This document shows, one piece after another, positions 26,901 to 41,900 of a stretch of DNA of 64,000 nt; position 1 is the stretch's first letter, and each line of letters starts with the position of its first letter. The position numbers and the translations under genes were made by a program. The notes below the pieces were generated by a model. That model was not told the origin of the DNA. It saw nothing but the letters and a program-made list of their open reading frames with translations, and searched no databases. Source of the stretch: Daphnia carinata (lineage: Eukaryota); contig NC_081332.1 in NCBI RefSeq assembly GCF_022539665.2, positions 2,294,001 through 2,358,000 on the forward strand, in the 5' to 3' direction.

Positions 26901-29900
26901 TGTCTTTTCAGCCGTTTATATACCATCGACTTTGCTTCAACGGGTCGTTCTCTCAAAAAGACGGAAGCCGAGATCGAAATGGAGCCGGGCCCAATATTTC
27001 TCTCTACTTCCTCCCGATTCCAATTTAATTTTAATTTTTTTTTTTTTATTTTTGCCCCGCTTTTTTTATAGTTAAAAGACAGCGGACTTCCATAGTGGAA
27101 GGATGTCCCCACACACGTAAAGAAAAAAAGAACTGGCTCTCCACTAGATTTCTTTTTTCTAAGGCATCGTTATTATATACTAACGATAGAACGCCTTCGA
27201 ACTCAGCTTCATTTTGCTTCACTTCACCTTTTTTATTTTATTTTATTTGAAAGGCAAACATGTAAGACGCCTACACGCGTTGCTTCACGCGCACAAGTGA
27301 TGACTCGAAAACGAACATTTTCAAAGTTGAGCGAAGTTGGAAAGCGGCGTTCTTTTGTCCGTATGAAAGAATGAATTGTCGGTGCAGACGTTCGAGATTC
27401 AGTGAGCATTTTCATAGTTAACACAAAACTAAATGACGGTCTTGAAATGTCTTTAAATGTTACGTTTCTCATCACTTCCAAAGACGAATGCAATCACGAA
27501 AAATAGCGTCGCCATTTTTCGTTATAATTACAATAAGCAAAGAATTTCGTTTCTTATCGAAAATATTTAATGAAAACACTTTTTTTTTCAGATTTAATCA
27601 TTGATATACAACTTATTATTTAGAGCCGTGTACACTTATCACGTACTAAGTGGGGTCGAATGATTTTTTCCTTTTTTTTTTAGGAGGGTGTTATAAAGGG
27701 CATTAAGCCGCCATGCCATTAGGTAGCCAAGGTCTATATAACCGTCTCAACAAATTCTTTTCACTTTTTTGTTTATGGTAAGTTGATAAGACAGAAAGAG
27801 AATAGAAAACATATAAAGAAAAAAAAAAGAAGGAAACCGAAGGGGTATATATAATCAAGACCCACCAAAAAAAAAATCGAGTTGTCAGTTTCGAACACAA
27901 TGGCAACGGAACAGTTTGAAAAAAAAAGAAAAGAAATTGGGGTAAAAACCTATGAATTTACCCCCTTTTTTCGTTTCCACGAAGTACACCTTTTTTTATT
28001 TATTTTTTTTTTTTTTTTATTCCGTGTAACCCCCCTGTCTCATGCGTGAGAGCGTCTTTCTCGTCTTTTATCCTGTTTTACGGCAAGTAAGAATATCGTG
28101 AGATATTACCCTCTTTAGGAACCAAAAATAGGGCAAAAACGGCATGTGTTCACTAGATTCATACAAATCGAACATAAAAGAATTCGTTTTTTTTTTCCTT
28201 CAGATATTTCCTTTTTTTATGAATCACATAACACGTAAACGGGTACCAGACGAAGAACAAAAAAAAAAGGGGTTATAATAGATTTTTTTTTTTTTTACCC
28301 TAAAAACAAAAATTGGGTAACTTGGTGGAAGTTTCACGATGTTTTCCAGGATGGAAAAAAAAATCTATTTTTTTTTATAACAAGACAATTTTGAAAAAGA
28401 ACGTCTATCAACTTGTTAGAGGATGGGGGGTTATAACAATGCATATCGAACTTGATATAGCGGTTACCGAAAACACGTAAGCATCCAGTTCAATTCGATC
28501 AAACCAAAACATTTCTGTGCACTGTGTGTTTCATTAGCGCTGCTAAGCATGAACTGCACATTAGAGAAAAAAGAATGTGAGTTCATTTGAGATATGGCCA
28601 TTTCGATAACAGCGTAAACCATGAGCACGTTACGTGCATACTCTTAAAGTGGGGCACTTCAAATGAGATTGTATTTTTCATTTTAGGCAACGACGAAGGT
28701 CTTCTAATTGATAAACGATTAACCAACTGATAATGAAGCAGTTTGTGCTCATCTATACGTGACCTACCATTAAAATGGTGTTATATAGTTGTTTTTTTTT
28801 CTTCTTACGTTACCTGTGAAAAAAAAATAATAATAAATAAGAATGAATAGCAAATGCGATGAGTGGAACCATTCTCTCCTACTTTATTATTCTATTGCCT
28901 GTGAAAGGAGAAACGAAAGAAAAAAAAAACACAGTTTTCCAGAAGGATATGGAGTTGTTAAAAATTTGGGGAAATCTTGGTCCAAATTCTCATAGATAAA
29001 AGAAGGAAGAGCAAAAAAAAAAAAAAAAAAAGAAAAATTTTTGGAAAAAAAAAAAGGGGGTTTCAGTAAAAAAGAGGGAAATACTCCCCAAAAAAAAGTG
29101 AATGGCTCACTTTTTTTGATCCACCCCTTATTCATTGCCGAGGAGTCTATAGAATTGCATTGCTTGTTATATAATCCTTTTTTCCTTTTCCGTTTTGAGG
29201 AAAAAAAAAAAAAAAAGATAGAAAGAAGCGTGTGAATATTCCGTCCTGCTATAGGCAGATAATCGACTCGTTTTTTTTTCTGGGGGGGGGGGGGGCCTTT
29301 AGGTGTTCTCACCAACTAAATAAATTACCTCTCCTTCTTGCCCTTAAAAAAAGAAAAAAAAAGGACGCTTTAAACACTTTAATTATTGGCTCGAATTCAC
29401 TATGCGAATTCGCAACGGGTTTAATAGAGCACCATAAAAAAAAAAAAGATAATGATAAATGTTTCGGTTAAACAACACACTCTTCGTTCGCTTGCGTTTT
29501 CGCTCGTTAGTTCAAAATGGAACATCGAATCGATATCTTATCATTGAAACATCGAAGCATTTGCTTTGCTGTTTATGTTACTTAGCATTGCGGTTAACAT
29601 TTTCTACAATCAAAGATAAGAACGCGATTTAACTCTCTACTCACTTCCCATTTATTTTCAAAAATAGGGGGAAAAAAATAGGTTAAGACAGCGGAGAATA
29701 AAAAATAAAATTTAATATTTATACTCCGCGCAACTGGCAAAAAAAAAAACCTTTATCATGAAAATATTTTTTTTTTCCAGTTTCGGGGTAAAAAAAAATA
29801 AAGAAGAGGTTTAAAAAAAAATGCGTTTTCCCTATCAAAGGCCTATATACTCGTTGTGTATGTGTGTGTCTATCCCTCTCTCTTCACGTTTTTCTAAAAT

Positions 29901-32900
29901 GCTTTTTGCATAACAAATGGTGGTTTTTCAGGAAACTTCCTTGCACAATACTTTGAATAACAGCCGTTTTTTTTCCAAAGATTTTTGTCACCCTATCTCT
30001 CTATACTCTCCCAAAATGTTCCCATCGACCCAACGAAAAAAAAAAATAAATGTATAAAAAAAAGGATGAAATTTCCCACGCTGGAATTCCGTATTGTGCA
30101 CTACCGTTTCCTTATTTTCGGATTTTTTTTTTTTCTCTCTCGCTTTCTTTTGTGCAATGAATTCGAGCTGGTTTTTTCTTTTTTATTTGGAGAGATATAC
30201 CTGCATTTGAACGCATTAGCATTCACCTAAAAAAAAAAAAAAAAAAAAGAAGGGGGGGGTGGATGTTTCGATAGCAAAGGATTGAATTGCCTAACACATC
30301 CTTTTATTTTGCTGAAAAATAGTTTTTTTCTCCTTTTTTTTTTGTATGTGTGTGTAGATTACATAAAAATTGTATTTAGAAAAAAAAAAGGATATTGGAA
30401 TTCAAAACTGAACCGGTAACTGCCAAATGTTCGGTATACGACTTGTGTGTAAGAACTTCCGAGTGAGTTTTGAAAGGCTACGCAGAGGAAAACAATGTCA
30501 AAATTACAATGGCAGATGGTATAACAATCTAAAAGCACATTCTTTTTTTTTGAAACTATAAAAAATAAAGTTCTGGGAAAAAAAAGCAAAAAAAAATAAT
30601 AATTTATTCGTTTATTATACCCTGAGACCCGTTCTCAGGTTGCACCAGTTTCCTCTTCGAAATATCGCAAATTTGGCAATGGTGTGTACGGGGAAATTTC
30701 AAATGTCTACCTTAATTCAAAGGAAACACGGTGTATGTACATACTAGAAATACTTCTAGTCATTTAAAATGATAGTTTATTACTTTCTCAGCTCGTTTAG
30801 ACGTTGCCTTGTGCAAACACATATCCCCCCCCTTCCTTTTTATTTGCCATGCCGCCATCTGCATATGCTGCTCCGGAAGCCACTGTTGCTTACTCATGCA
30901 GAAACGATTGATAGAGGCAAAAAGGGATACTCTTGAAAGCTTTCGATTAGAATGCAAATCATGGGGCGTTGTATAGATTCCACGTTTCATCATCAAAAAA
31001 AGAAAAAGCAGAATTAAGGAGGGGGGGAGATCTCCAACTCCCCCCCCCCACCCCACCCTGTTCTATAAAATCTCTTCACGGTTCGAATGCGAGACGAACA
31101 TTTTGAGCTCAAAAAATGCATTTTCAGGGAAAGAAAAGGAAATTCAAAGGGGAAGCTACAAATGAGACACACGCGGGGAGGGAGAACCGTGAGGGGTGAT
31201 GATCGAAATTTAAGTCCCCCCCCCCTTCTTTTATTTTTAGGGGATTCTATCTCCATCCCGTAGTACGTACAGGACTATTCATTATACTGGACAGGGCAAA
31301 AAGTTTACGCATATTTAAAAAAAATCGGTATTCTTGCATAATGCAAGCCAAAAAGATCGATAGAAGATGGACATTCATTTCTGAGTCCAATTTCATAAAA
31401 CTAAGGGGGGTTGAAATTAGAAAGGATGGGAAAGAGATTTTTTTTTTTTTAGTTTCCCTCCTTTAATTAGAGGCACGCACCACGGCTCATTTAAACAATG
31501 AAAGACCAAGTGTCGAAAAGAGGGCCGGCAACTCGTGGAGATAGGTGGCCGTTCTCCCCTCCCTTCCACCCTTATACGGAGATTCAACTGACCTCCTTCC
31601 GGAAGAAGGAAAAGGAGGAGGCAGGAGGAGGAGGGCGAACGACGGACGGGAGTATATGCAGTAAAAGATAAATGGCATATAGGGGGCAACCCGAGACGAA
31701 CTGTGAGGGTGAAAGAAACAGGAGAACAGGCCTGAGATATATCTAGAATGATTGTCGATAACAACGAATTGCCAACTCAAACGGCTAAACAGATTCATAG
31801 TGGGATCAAGGCTCACATCAATTGTTTTTTTTTTCAATTGAATTTTTTTTTGTAGAAAATCTAAATAAAATGTTTGCATTAATCCGAAAATTTCGAAGAA
31901 ATCAAAACGTAATTTTTTTTAAAGTTTTCTTGAAAGAAAAAAAAATTTGGAATTATTGGCTACTGCTTCGGATATCGTCCAGGTTGACTCAGCAGGTCTC
32001 TCACGAATAAAACAAAAGAAACAGAAGATTATTCAAACATGAGCTGGTCATACAGAGAATCATGTGCATACAACTTTGGTTGATTATTTCAACCATATGC
32101 AAATGAGGGGAGAGCAAAAAGAAAAAAAGGGGGGAGCTCCTACCATTGTAGATCACGTTCCGTTTCGCAGCGTGACGCAAGTACAATATTGGGACTGTCG
32201 AGGTTTATATACCATTCTTTTTCCTGATGTATTCAAAAATGTTGGCCCCTTTTCTTTTCTTTTTACTGGCTCGGTGTATGATGTTTGGTCAGCTGAGTTT
32301 TTGGATGTTGTTGTATCTACCTGCGGAAAGAAGTGGCGATATGCCATTAGCATTTCAAATCTCTCGAATATGACGTATATATGAACGACGCTCTTCGTCA
32401 GCTCCTTGTTTGTTAAAAAAAAAAACGTGACTTTGATGTTAACGAAATGTGACATTTGCATGCTGCATTTCAACACGCGTTTCCTCGATTTCTCAATGGA
32501 TTGATTGCGTCAATGAAATCAAACCCTTTCGTGTCCTCTCACGCTGTTTTCTAATTGAAAACAAATGCCGTTTGATGACAACCAATTCTTTTGAATTGTT
32601 AAGCATCACTACGTTCAACTCTATTTGATATATCTATTTTTAAAAAACCGTATATATCTACGTTAAAACGCGATGTTTCGAACAGAAGTGAAACAAAAGG
32701 TGTTCTAAAGTGGGCGGATAGAAACGGCCCTATACCTTTTTTTCTTCCCCCTTTCTTAAAAGACAATGTGTGAACCCCCCCAAATACGTTTTTGTGCGGG
32801 CCTCGTATTTTGTTCGGTGCGTATTTCCGATCGTAAAACAAAACCAAAAAAAAAAAAAAAAAAATCGAGATGTTATGTATAGAAAGTAATTCGAACCTTT

Positions 32901-35900
32901 GCCTGAATTGCATCTGTAACCTTCAACGAACTGCGGTCAAGTGCTCTATGTGTGGCAATAAGAAAAACTGTATAGATATATAGAAGAGGCAACCAGAAGG
33001 ATTTATTAGGCATTCCTAATTTCCTTCTTTTTTTTTTTCTTTTTCGGAAATATATGTAAACCATAGTTAAGAAGGAGCAGAAGGAGGAATGGAGTTTAAA
33101 GTAGGCGGTACGCCTCTGTTATATGTAGGTAGACCATCAGGGTCCGCTTCTCACCTAGTTCAATTAAACCGTCGAGTTTCCCTCCCGATTTTTCTTTTGG
33201 CATCAACGTCGATATGTACACCGCCTTCAAATGGGGGTTCCACCTCCATCCCACCTCCTATCCTCCCACTCGAACCTCCCCCGTGAAAACAAAAGAAAAA
33301 CCAAAAGACAGATGGACGGAGTAGTTAAGAACAAAAAAAAAAAGAAAGAAAATTTGCTTTTAAAAAGCGCATAAAATAAATAAATAAAAAGAATTGGGTC
33401 TTACGACAAATTGTTAACGACTCCATCGAAAAATGTTTCTTGGTTCTACTTTAATTGCTTCAGAAAAAAAAATAATAATAATAACTTGTACATATCTAGT
33501 CCACCCAATCAGTTAAAACATGAAATCGCTTGCAGCCCCTATCCAATTTGTTGGCATTTCATTTTAAAAAGAACTAACTGAAGGAGCACCAATAAATAGA
33601 TAACAATAGACGAGGCGATTGTCCCTTTTATTCTATTTCGCCAAAGAAAATTTCAACATTTTTTTCAAAAAAAAAAAAACTTTGGGAAAGAAGAAGTTCC
33701 ATTTGATATAATAACGGTCTTGTTGAATCGCAGGCTGTGAACATTTCAACTCATACGTCTATACGTCTATTTAAAAACCCTTTTTACAAAAAAAAAAAAA
33801 AAAGAAACAAAACAAGGGAATTAAATGATGTCCTCAAAGCAAAAAAAAAGTAGCACAGAGGCCAAAAAAAAAACATAACAGACCATATTTATATATATAA
33901 TATATATTTTTTTAAAGTTTATATGAAACAAGTCGAGACGGAGGCGCGGGAAAAAAAAAACACATACACGATTGAATTATGTGTAGTGAAACTATATCTA
34001 AGCTACTTATACACATTTATATAGACGCCGGGGAGAATTTAGTTTTTTTTTTTTTTTTTTTTTTCTTTCGTCATGCAAAATTCGATCTACTCACGCGTCC
34101 CAACAGCGGGCGGTCTTCATATTTTTTGTTTTCAAGATTTCACGCTGCCGTGTGTTGGCCATAACGCCTGGCTGAACAAACAATCATAAGAAAAAAAAAG
34201 GGGGGGATAGGATAGCTGCTGCAACCTAAATATATTTCGATAAAAAGTATATATATACTATTATATATTTGATAGACGTAAAAAAAAAAAAGGCTTGGGT
34301 GTAGAGAAAAATGAAAAAAAAAAAAACTGTCTCATTTTCAAAAGAGTGATGATCCCGCGTTCCGTATAGATTTCTTTTTTTTTTTTTTTCTTTTTTGCTC
34401 AAACGCATAACACCCCCGTTATTTGATTTATTCCATCGTGTGTAATATCGTTCGCAATAACAATGGCGACGCCTGCTCCCCCGTGTGAGGTCCCACACAT
34501 ACGAACAGACAAAAAGAAATGGAAGCCTAAAAAAATCCGAGAAAGAAAACCAACGGTAAATTTCAAATGATTAAAATTTGAAACGATGTAATTGCATTTG
34601 CCAAGATTGTATATATCGGGCACAGCAAAGCGTGGTGTATATATATATATATATATATACAGTATATATTCGTATATAATCCGATTTTCTTCGTATTTCA
34701 ATGTTTTTTCGCTGCGGCTATTGTTGAATTATTCAAAGGTGGATGTTTGCTTTATTGATTATGGCCGAGTGGTAGAGAGAGAGAGAAAGGGCCATCGAAA
34801 AGTCTTTTATTGATGCCCACTAAAGGCACTATGACTGATTCGAATTCCCATTTTACAGAGTGCTGGCCGCTGCTGGCTGCTGCCGGTGCTGCTGCTCTCT
34901 TTATATAGTTGTATGGATGTTTGCCCTCTTGTGAAAAGCTAACGTCTTTCCTAATATATACCTATTCGTTGAATACATATTGTCAAATTTAGTCCAGTAT
35001 CCCCCCCCCCACAAACACGCTATATAGACTTGGAAGAAAAACTTCAAACACACACGAGTTTTTGAGCTTGAAGATGCTGAAATAGAAGAGCGTCTGTGAG
35101 AGCTTCGTTGCACAGCACCAGAAGCCCGTTGCGCTTTTTATTGATTTGCTCAGCTGTATTACGTAGCTCTTCTTCTTCTTCTTTTTTTTTCTTTATTTCT
35201 ACGATGATATTCCAACGCAGTTGACATCCAACGTGGCGAAAAAAAAAAAAAATAAAAGAGGTCGATGTCGAATGGCAAATGAGGCAGAATAATCAAAAGC
35301 TAAAATGAACAAGTGACGCCCTAAAAAAAAAATATATACAGTATATAAAAAGAACAGCAATCAATTGAGAACGAACGAAAAACACATAGCGGGAGCATAT
35401 ATTAACGATATCCATTAAGCGGGTGCGCAGTTTAAACGCGGAGCTTTTAAACAATGATGTATCGTTAAGAATGGACGTCATGCCCGATTGCTTATTACGC
35501 AATCAATAACGCACACGTTCTTTCTAGGATGCACCCAATAGACTCGCATGTATAGCTATTTTCGGCACAGTTTTTATTCGATTATTAAATGTTTTGAATA
35601 GTTAAAACGCGATGATGAAATGAATAGGCTCATATTTTCCTTCATTAACGGATCACGATTATAATTAAGCATTAATGCGCAACGGCTACTGTATAAATAG
35701 CGCGTTCTTATTTTCTATTAACAATTCGAAATTCCGCGTTTAGTCCGAGATAAACGGAAAAAATGTTATCCAGTTAAATAAGTAAATAAATAAATAAAAG
35801 CTGTGCCATATTGACTTGCACTGTTGCAAGAAGCGGGAGAAAAATATGATCGTGAGAGAGAGGCGCGATGCGGACGATAGGATAACCTTTGTTGATTGGT

Positions 35901-38900
35901 CATTGTTTGCTTTCGACTTTTCCGACTGGAACACACACATACACGCACAGAGAGAGAGAGAGAAATTCCAGTCCTTTCTAGTCCTTGTTCGATGAATCGT
36001 TTCTCTTTAATTTCGCTTGTGTGTTTGACGTTTAGCGGCCAACACGCAGCCATTTGTTCAAGACTCTTTTTGAAGACGTTAATTAAAAATAACAGCCGCA
36101 ACGCTAGCACTAGAATACCCACGTTGTGTTTTACACTGATTGAACACCTTATTCTTACCTCTTTAATTCAAAGCTGCATTCGAACATGTTCCATAACAAA
36201 GAACAAGCAACATACTGAAAGCTTTTGTTTTTTTGTTTTTTTCGGGCTAGTACCACCGTCTATATTTTCAGAAGATGATGTCACATGAGCTAGACAGATT
36301 ACCGTCCTCCATTGCGACTATCCACACATTATTTATATATAATAACATATATATATATATATATAATATATAAACAGCCTTTTTTGGCTTTCTTATTTTT
36401 CCTATACGAAAATAAAAAAGCAGCTGAGAATATAATATAAAACGCAGGGGATTGTGGGGATCGCTTACACCAACACGCCGACGCGTGTCTTGCTTAGAAA
36501 TAGCATTTTTGATGTAACACACAAACTTTTCTTTTTTTTTTTCTCCTCTCTCTGGCCTTTTTTTTTTATGTGGGAGGGTAAGGCGCACACACAGCGATGT
36601 GGTACTGGGAGGGTGTTTGGTTGATGACATCATTGGAATGCACGGGAGCAACAATGCAAAAGTGAGCGCTCTCTAATTGTCCGATCAAGATACAGAAGCC
36701 AGAATTGATGTATGACTATATATATATATATATATGTATAGGGTTGGAAAGGAGGAGGTTTATAACTAACAAATCCAAAAGCCAGTGGCAATAAAAAAAA
36801 ATGGACGCAGAGGCGGGAGGGACAATGGAAAGAGGGCAATCAAGAAACATGATTGCGATCATTTTCGGGGGTATAATATATGAAACGTTAAGTCTACAAG
36901 GAATCAGCGCCTTCCACGTTGCCTGCTCGTGTCGTGAATGTTTAACTCGAGACACACATTTTTTGTTCTTTTCGCTTCTATGAACGTCCTGCAAAACGAT
37001 GAAAAAAAAAAGGGAAATTAGAAAGGAGAAGTCTCACCCATTTGATGTTGTAAGATCATTAGAAATTTGAGCCCGCAATCGATTTATAAACGTGTCTGGG
37101 ACCATCCCAGATCTATCGATATCTTTTCAAAACGTTAATTACAAGATTTACGATGACTTTGTCGATGAATCGAACGGCGAACGAAGAAGAAGATAAAAAC
37201 CTATTTCAAAAAATAGTTGAATGCGGGACGCGTTTTTACAATAATCAGCTCTACCCGAATTATTTATTTATGATTAATTTTCTCTCGAGACAACGTTCTA
37301 TTTTTTTTTTTTGTTCCATAATAATACAGAACTGGTATAATTCTTCTACGCTCCACGTTCTTCATCTGAGGAAGCCAGAAAGTTTAGTTTTTTTTCTCGG
37401 CAGGTGGGCGAACAATGCATCCAAGGTGGCGGGAAAAACGAAACGAAACAAAAAAAAAAAAATCTTGGGATGGATGTGTGTAGATAGTTAGAGAAGAGAG
37501 TCAGGTAGCTTAAAAGTATAACGCGCGTCGGGGGTGTATATATATATAGTCACACCTGAGTTGGGCTTAATGACTTGTTATGCACATCCTTGCTGCCATA
37601 TTACGAAAGACCCAGGTGGTCCTCTCTCTCTTTTCTATTCCAAACGAGTCATTACCGGTATATAAAAAAAAAAATAAGAATAAAAAGAAAGATATAGTAT
37701 AAGAATCTCTTCACGGATCCGTTAGCCTTTCTTTTGGTGGCGCATTCACGGACGTTGGATCACGTTACATTATAGCTCCGTCTTGAACGCGAGAAAGGCC
37801 CCCACACACATACACACAAACGGGAAAATTATAAATTGCTCCTCTTCATAAATATCAATTTCAAAATGTTTCAAAAAAAAAATTCAGAAGCTGCGAAAGA
37901 GAAAAATCAGTTGAATAATTTTTTGTTGTTTTTTGGATCGAATCAATAAATATTGGGACAGGGGTAAAAAAAAAAATGAAAAGGATGGCGGTGAAAATGA
38001 GATCGAGAATTATCGTAAATCTAAATCAACTCGAAAAGGAAGAAAAAACCATTGCAGATGACAACTGCTGTATAGAAAAACAAAATATATGTATATATAT
38101 ATATCGATTTTATTTCATTAAGTCAAGAGGCTGTTGGGACCATACGCGACCTACAGCGTCACTCGTTTCATGATCGGTTAACACCATAAAAAAAGAAAAG
38201 AAAAAAAGGGCCATCCAGTTATACAGCTCGCGGTCGGGTTGCTTTAATGTTTATACATGTCTGCTGGCTGCTATGGGATGCCCACTTATATTCCCAATGA
38301 CTACAGCGAGTTCCAGTCGGCTGCATATGATGACGATTGTCTTTTCTTTTTTTTTTTCTTATATATTGTTACACTATGTATGCTAGAATTCGTTTTTGCG
38401 GTCCCAACCTGCCAATAACACTATACATTTTCATTCTATTTTTTGTTCAAAATATATAAATATACATAAATATTTTTACATGAAAAAAGAATTGAATTCG
38501 ATATTGCGAAAAGGTCGTTATTTCTATACTAACGCCCGATGATGCGTTAACATTTTTCTTTCTTTTTCTAATGAATTTAATTCTTATTTAATGTTGGAAG
38601 ACGAGCGAGATCATTTCGATATGACACCAATCTTTTATTTTGCGCTTGACATGCGAGGAATGTATGGAATTTTTTTTTTTCATTCTTTAAAACATCAAAT
38701 TATTTCATGTGTGTGTGTGAAGGATATTAGTGTCTACATGGTTAGTCGATTACAAAAGAAAAATGGCAGATTCTTTAAACTTGAAAGTCCAGAATTGGAT
38801 AGTCGCGAAGACATTTCGAGTCCAGTGATTGCTTGTGCATTTCGCTGAGCTTGTGCGTTCGTTGAAGACTGTCATTAGCCATCAGCTTTGGGAACCCGTG

Positions 38901-41900
38901 TGCAAGCTTGCTTGACCTTCAACGTGAGTCCACACACACACGGTGTGAATGCAAAAAAATGCAACCAAGCGCAACTGTTGAATCGTTGGACCACGTCAGC
39001 TCACAGGTAACGAGCATTTCTCGACCCCCTACCGACAGCCCCCATAGGCTTTTTTTTTTCTTGTTCCAAAAACTCTTGCCTTTTTGAATTGCTCGAGAAA
39101 TCATCATGGCTGTGCTTCTTTTTTTTTAAAAATCTAATCATGAAATTCGATTAAAATTGCTAAAAGGAAATTGACAGTCTTTTAAAGTATAGATATCCCA
39201 AATAACCAATTCCCTTCTTTTTTTTTCTTAACGTATCCGATTTCCATTAAACCCTGGAACGTTAGTGCTGTAAAACAAGAAAAAAAAACCATGTCTGATG
39301 GAACATTTTGGAACACAAGAAAAAAAAATCAAAGAAAAAAAAAGCTGATCAGGTAAGCAGAAAACGGGAAGTTGGAAATAAACCTTCATCCCTCTCCATC
39401 AACCCCCTGAAAAAAAAAGATAAACTTTTAGTGGGATGAACAAGTCAAAGAACAGACCGCCCTCGCTTCGCACCTTTGAATGTTTTTTTTTTTGTTTTAC
39501 CTTGTCCTCCCCTCCCCCTTCTCAAAAGGAAGAAGAGGAGGAGGATATGCGGTTCAACACCTGCTATAGCAAAAAACGTACATATGTACGGTTAAGTTAT
39601 TAGAGACAAAAAAAAAATAAAATAGAGCAACTTGTAACGGAGACCATTAACCATTAATCAAGCTGAACCCAGCTGGCGTTTTTTTGTTTTTTATGCATCG
39701 AAGAGAAATAAAAAAAAACCGCGACCGCAACAAATCACTCGGCAAAAGTTCTAATACTTATTTTTTTTTTCACCTTAACTTGATTGAACTCACAGATGAA
39801 AGACCTTTCTTGTTTTCAAAAAAAAAAGGTTCTAACTTATTATACAAATGATTTTTTTCGAATTCGTTCGTCACGGTTTAAACCCCCATTTTTTTCAAAT
39901 GTTTATAGCGAATTCTTTCAAATGATGTATTTAATTATTATAAACCTTTATCTTTTTTAAAAACGAAAACGTTCTCTTGCAAAAAAACGAAGAAAGCCTA
40001 ATTTTTGTATTTAAAAGATGCCGGAACATGTCCTTCCGGTTGAGAGGATTCAAAAGACCGGAGCTTTTAATTTACGGTTGGCCCTTTACGTGTAATTTAG
40101 TAAAAAGAATTTATTTATTATTATTTTTTTTCAACTGGGATTTTTAATCAGACAATCGTTACGTTTCTTTAACAAAAAAAAAAAAAGAAAAATGTTCGGC
40201 AAAACCCAAACACAACATACGGACATAAGTAAATGTAATCACATAAAGGTGTGCATGACAGCGGACAGTAACCATAATTTTCCATCAAGCGAACGGGCTT
40301 GTGTAAAGCTGTTGCCACAAGCTTTTTGTGTGGTCAACTATTTAAGCAAGTGTATCGATATATATATATATATATAGATGAACTGCTCATTACACACGAA
40401 GCAGAGAGAGAGAGACCCGGTTGGCCGTACGAGCAGAAAACTGGGGGGACCCCGTGTTTTGTGGTTTCGTTTCACATATCCCACCGTGAAAAGAAAAAAA
40501 AATATGTCCCATGAATTCAAGCGCTTCCTGTCTCTTCGTCGTATTCGTTAAGAGCTCGTGTGTGTGTGTGTACATTATTTCGGTCACTTGCCATTGACGA
40601 TTGAAGAAAAATCTTGCGGCCGTGAGCGCGGCCATTCGTTTCGTTCTTGAAACAAAAGATAACGTTCATGTTTAGGCAATCAGCTGTTCTTTTTTTTTTT
40701 AAAGAACAAAAATAAAATGAATTAGACCGAGTTTTTTTTTATATCGGTAATTTACTTTAATGTTTAATGGATATTCATTTTTTTTTTGTGAGTTGACAGC
40801 CAGCCGGAAATGCTGTCCCTAAAAGAATCCGATTAACTCGACACTTGGAAAAGAAGAAGAAGATTCCTTCATGAAAATTGTATATGAAACAGGGAGAAAG
40901 GAAGTGAAAAAAATGGAACAAACAAATCAACGAGAAAAAGGCGGACATTTCGTGTCAGCCCCTTTTTAAATTCAGTTTGCCGTTCCATGCATTTTAGTGT
41001 TACGAGAACTAATACGAGGGGTTGTGTATGTGTGTGTCTCGTATTTGTTAAGTCTTATAATGACTTATTTTTTGGCTACCTGTGTTTCTTCGTCTTTCAA
41101 AATACAAGACGTTAGATGTACAAAAAACAAACGCGGCCATTATTATCAAGAAAACCATTTTCTTCTCCTTTTTTTTTTATTGATTTTCTCTTCTTGCTTT
41201 CTACAATTGCCTATTTGACTTTCATTTCGTGTGTGTCTTCAGGGGATTTGAGCCAATCAGCTCGTCATTAACCCTCCCCCCTTTTTTTTTTCTTCAAGTA
41301 GCCGCCATGAAAAATAAGGCGATTTTTATTTTATTTTGTTCAAAAAATCGTTGAATGTTAGAGAAAGGCCTACCTTTTTATCTTAACTTCCGCTTTGTAA
41401 TGATGTAGGCCTTGCGGGCATACAACGTGGGATGCTGCAAACGACGCAATGCCTCCTCCTTACATAAACACACGTCACAAGCAATTATAATTGTATGGTT
41501 ACAACTCGAGCCTTCCGTGTTTCTCAACATCTTTCAATGAACAATGAGTATATACAAGTCGTTTAAATTTATGCATACACACCTGTTTTGAATGATGGTA
41601 TATGCACACAAAGACATGAACGCATTACAAATTGAATATTTGTAATTTTTATTCTTACGTATTAATTATACGTGGCAGGAGGACGTTAATGGTAGAGACT
41701 ATACGCATCATCATTAAGCGCATCTCCTTGCGATCGTTTGACTCTGATTAAAAAGATGGCCCTCTACAGCACCCGCTGACAACTAATGAGCCAAACGGAA
41801 GAAAAAAGAGGGGTGAGCTAATGATATCTCCTTTTCTTTTCTTTTTTTTTCCTTTTCTATATGTTCTAGATATTTATGTACATGAACCAACCTTCCAAAT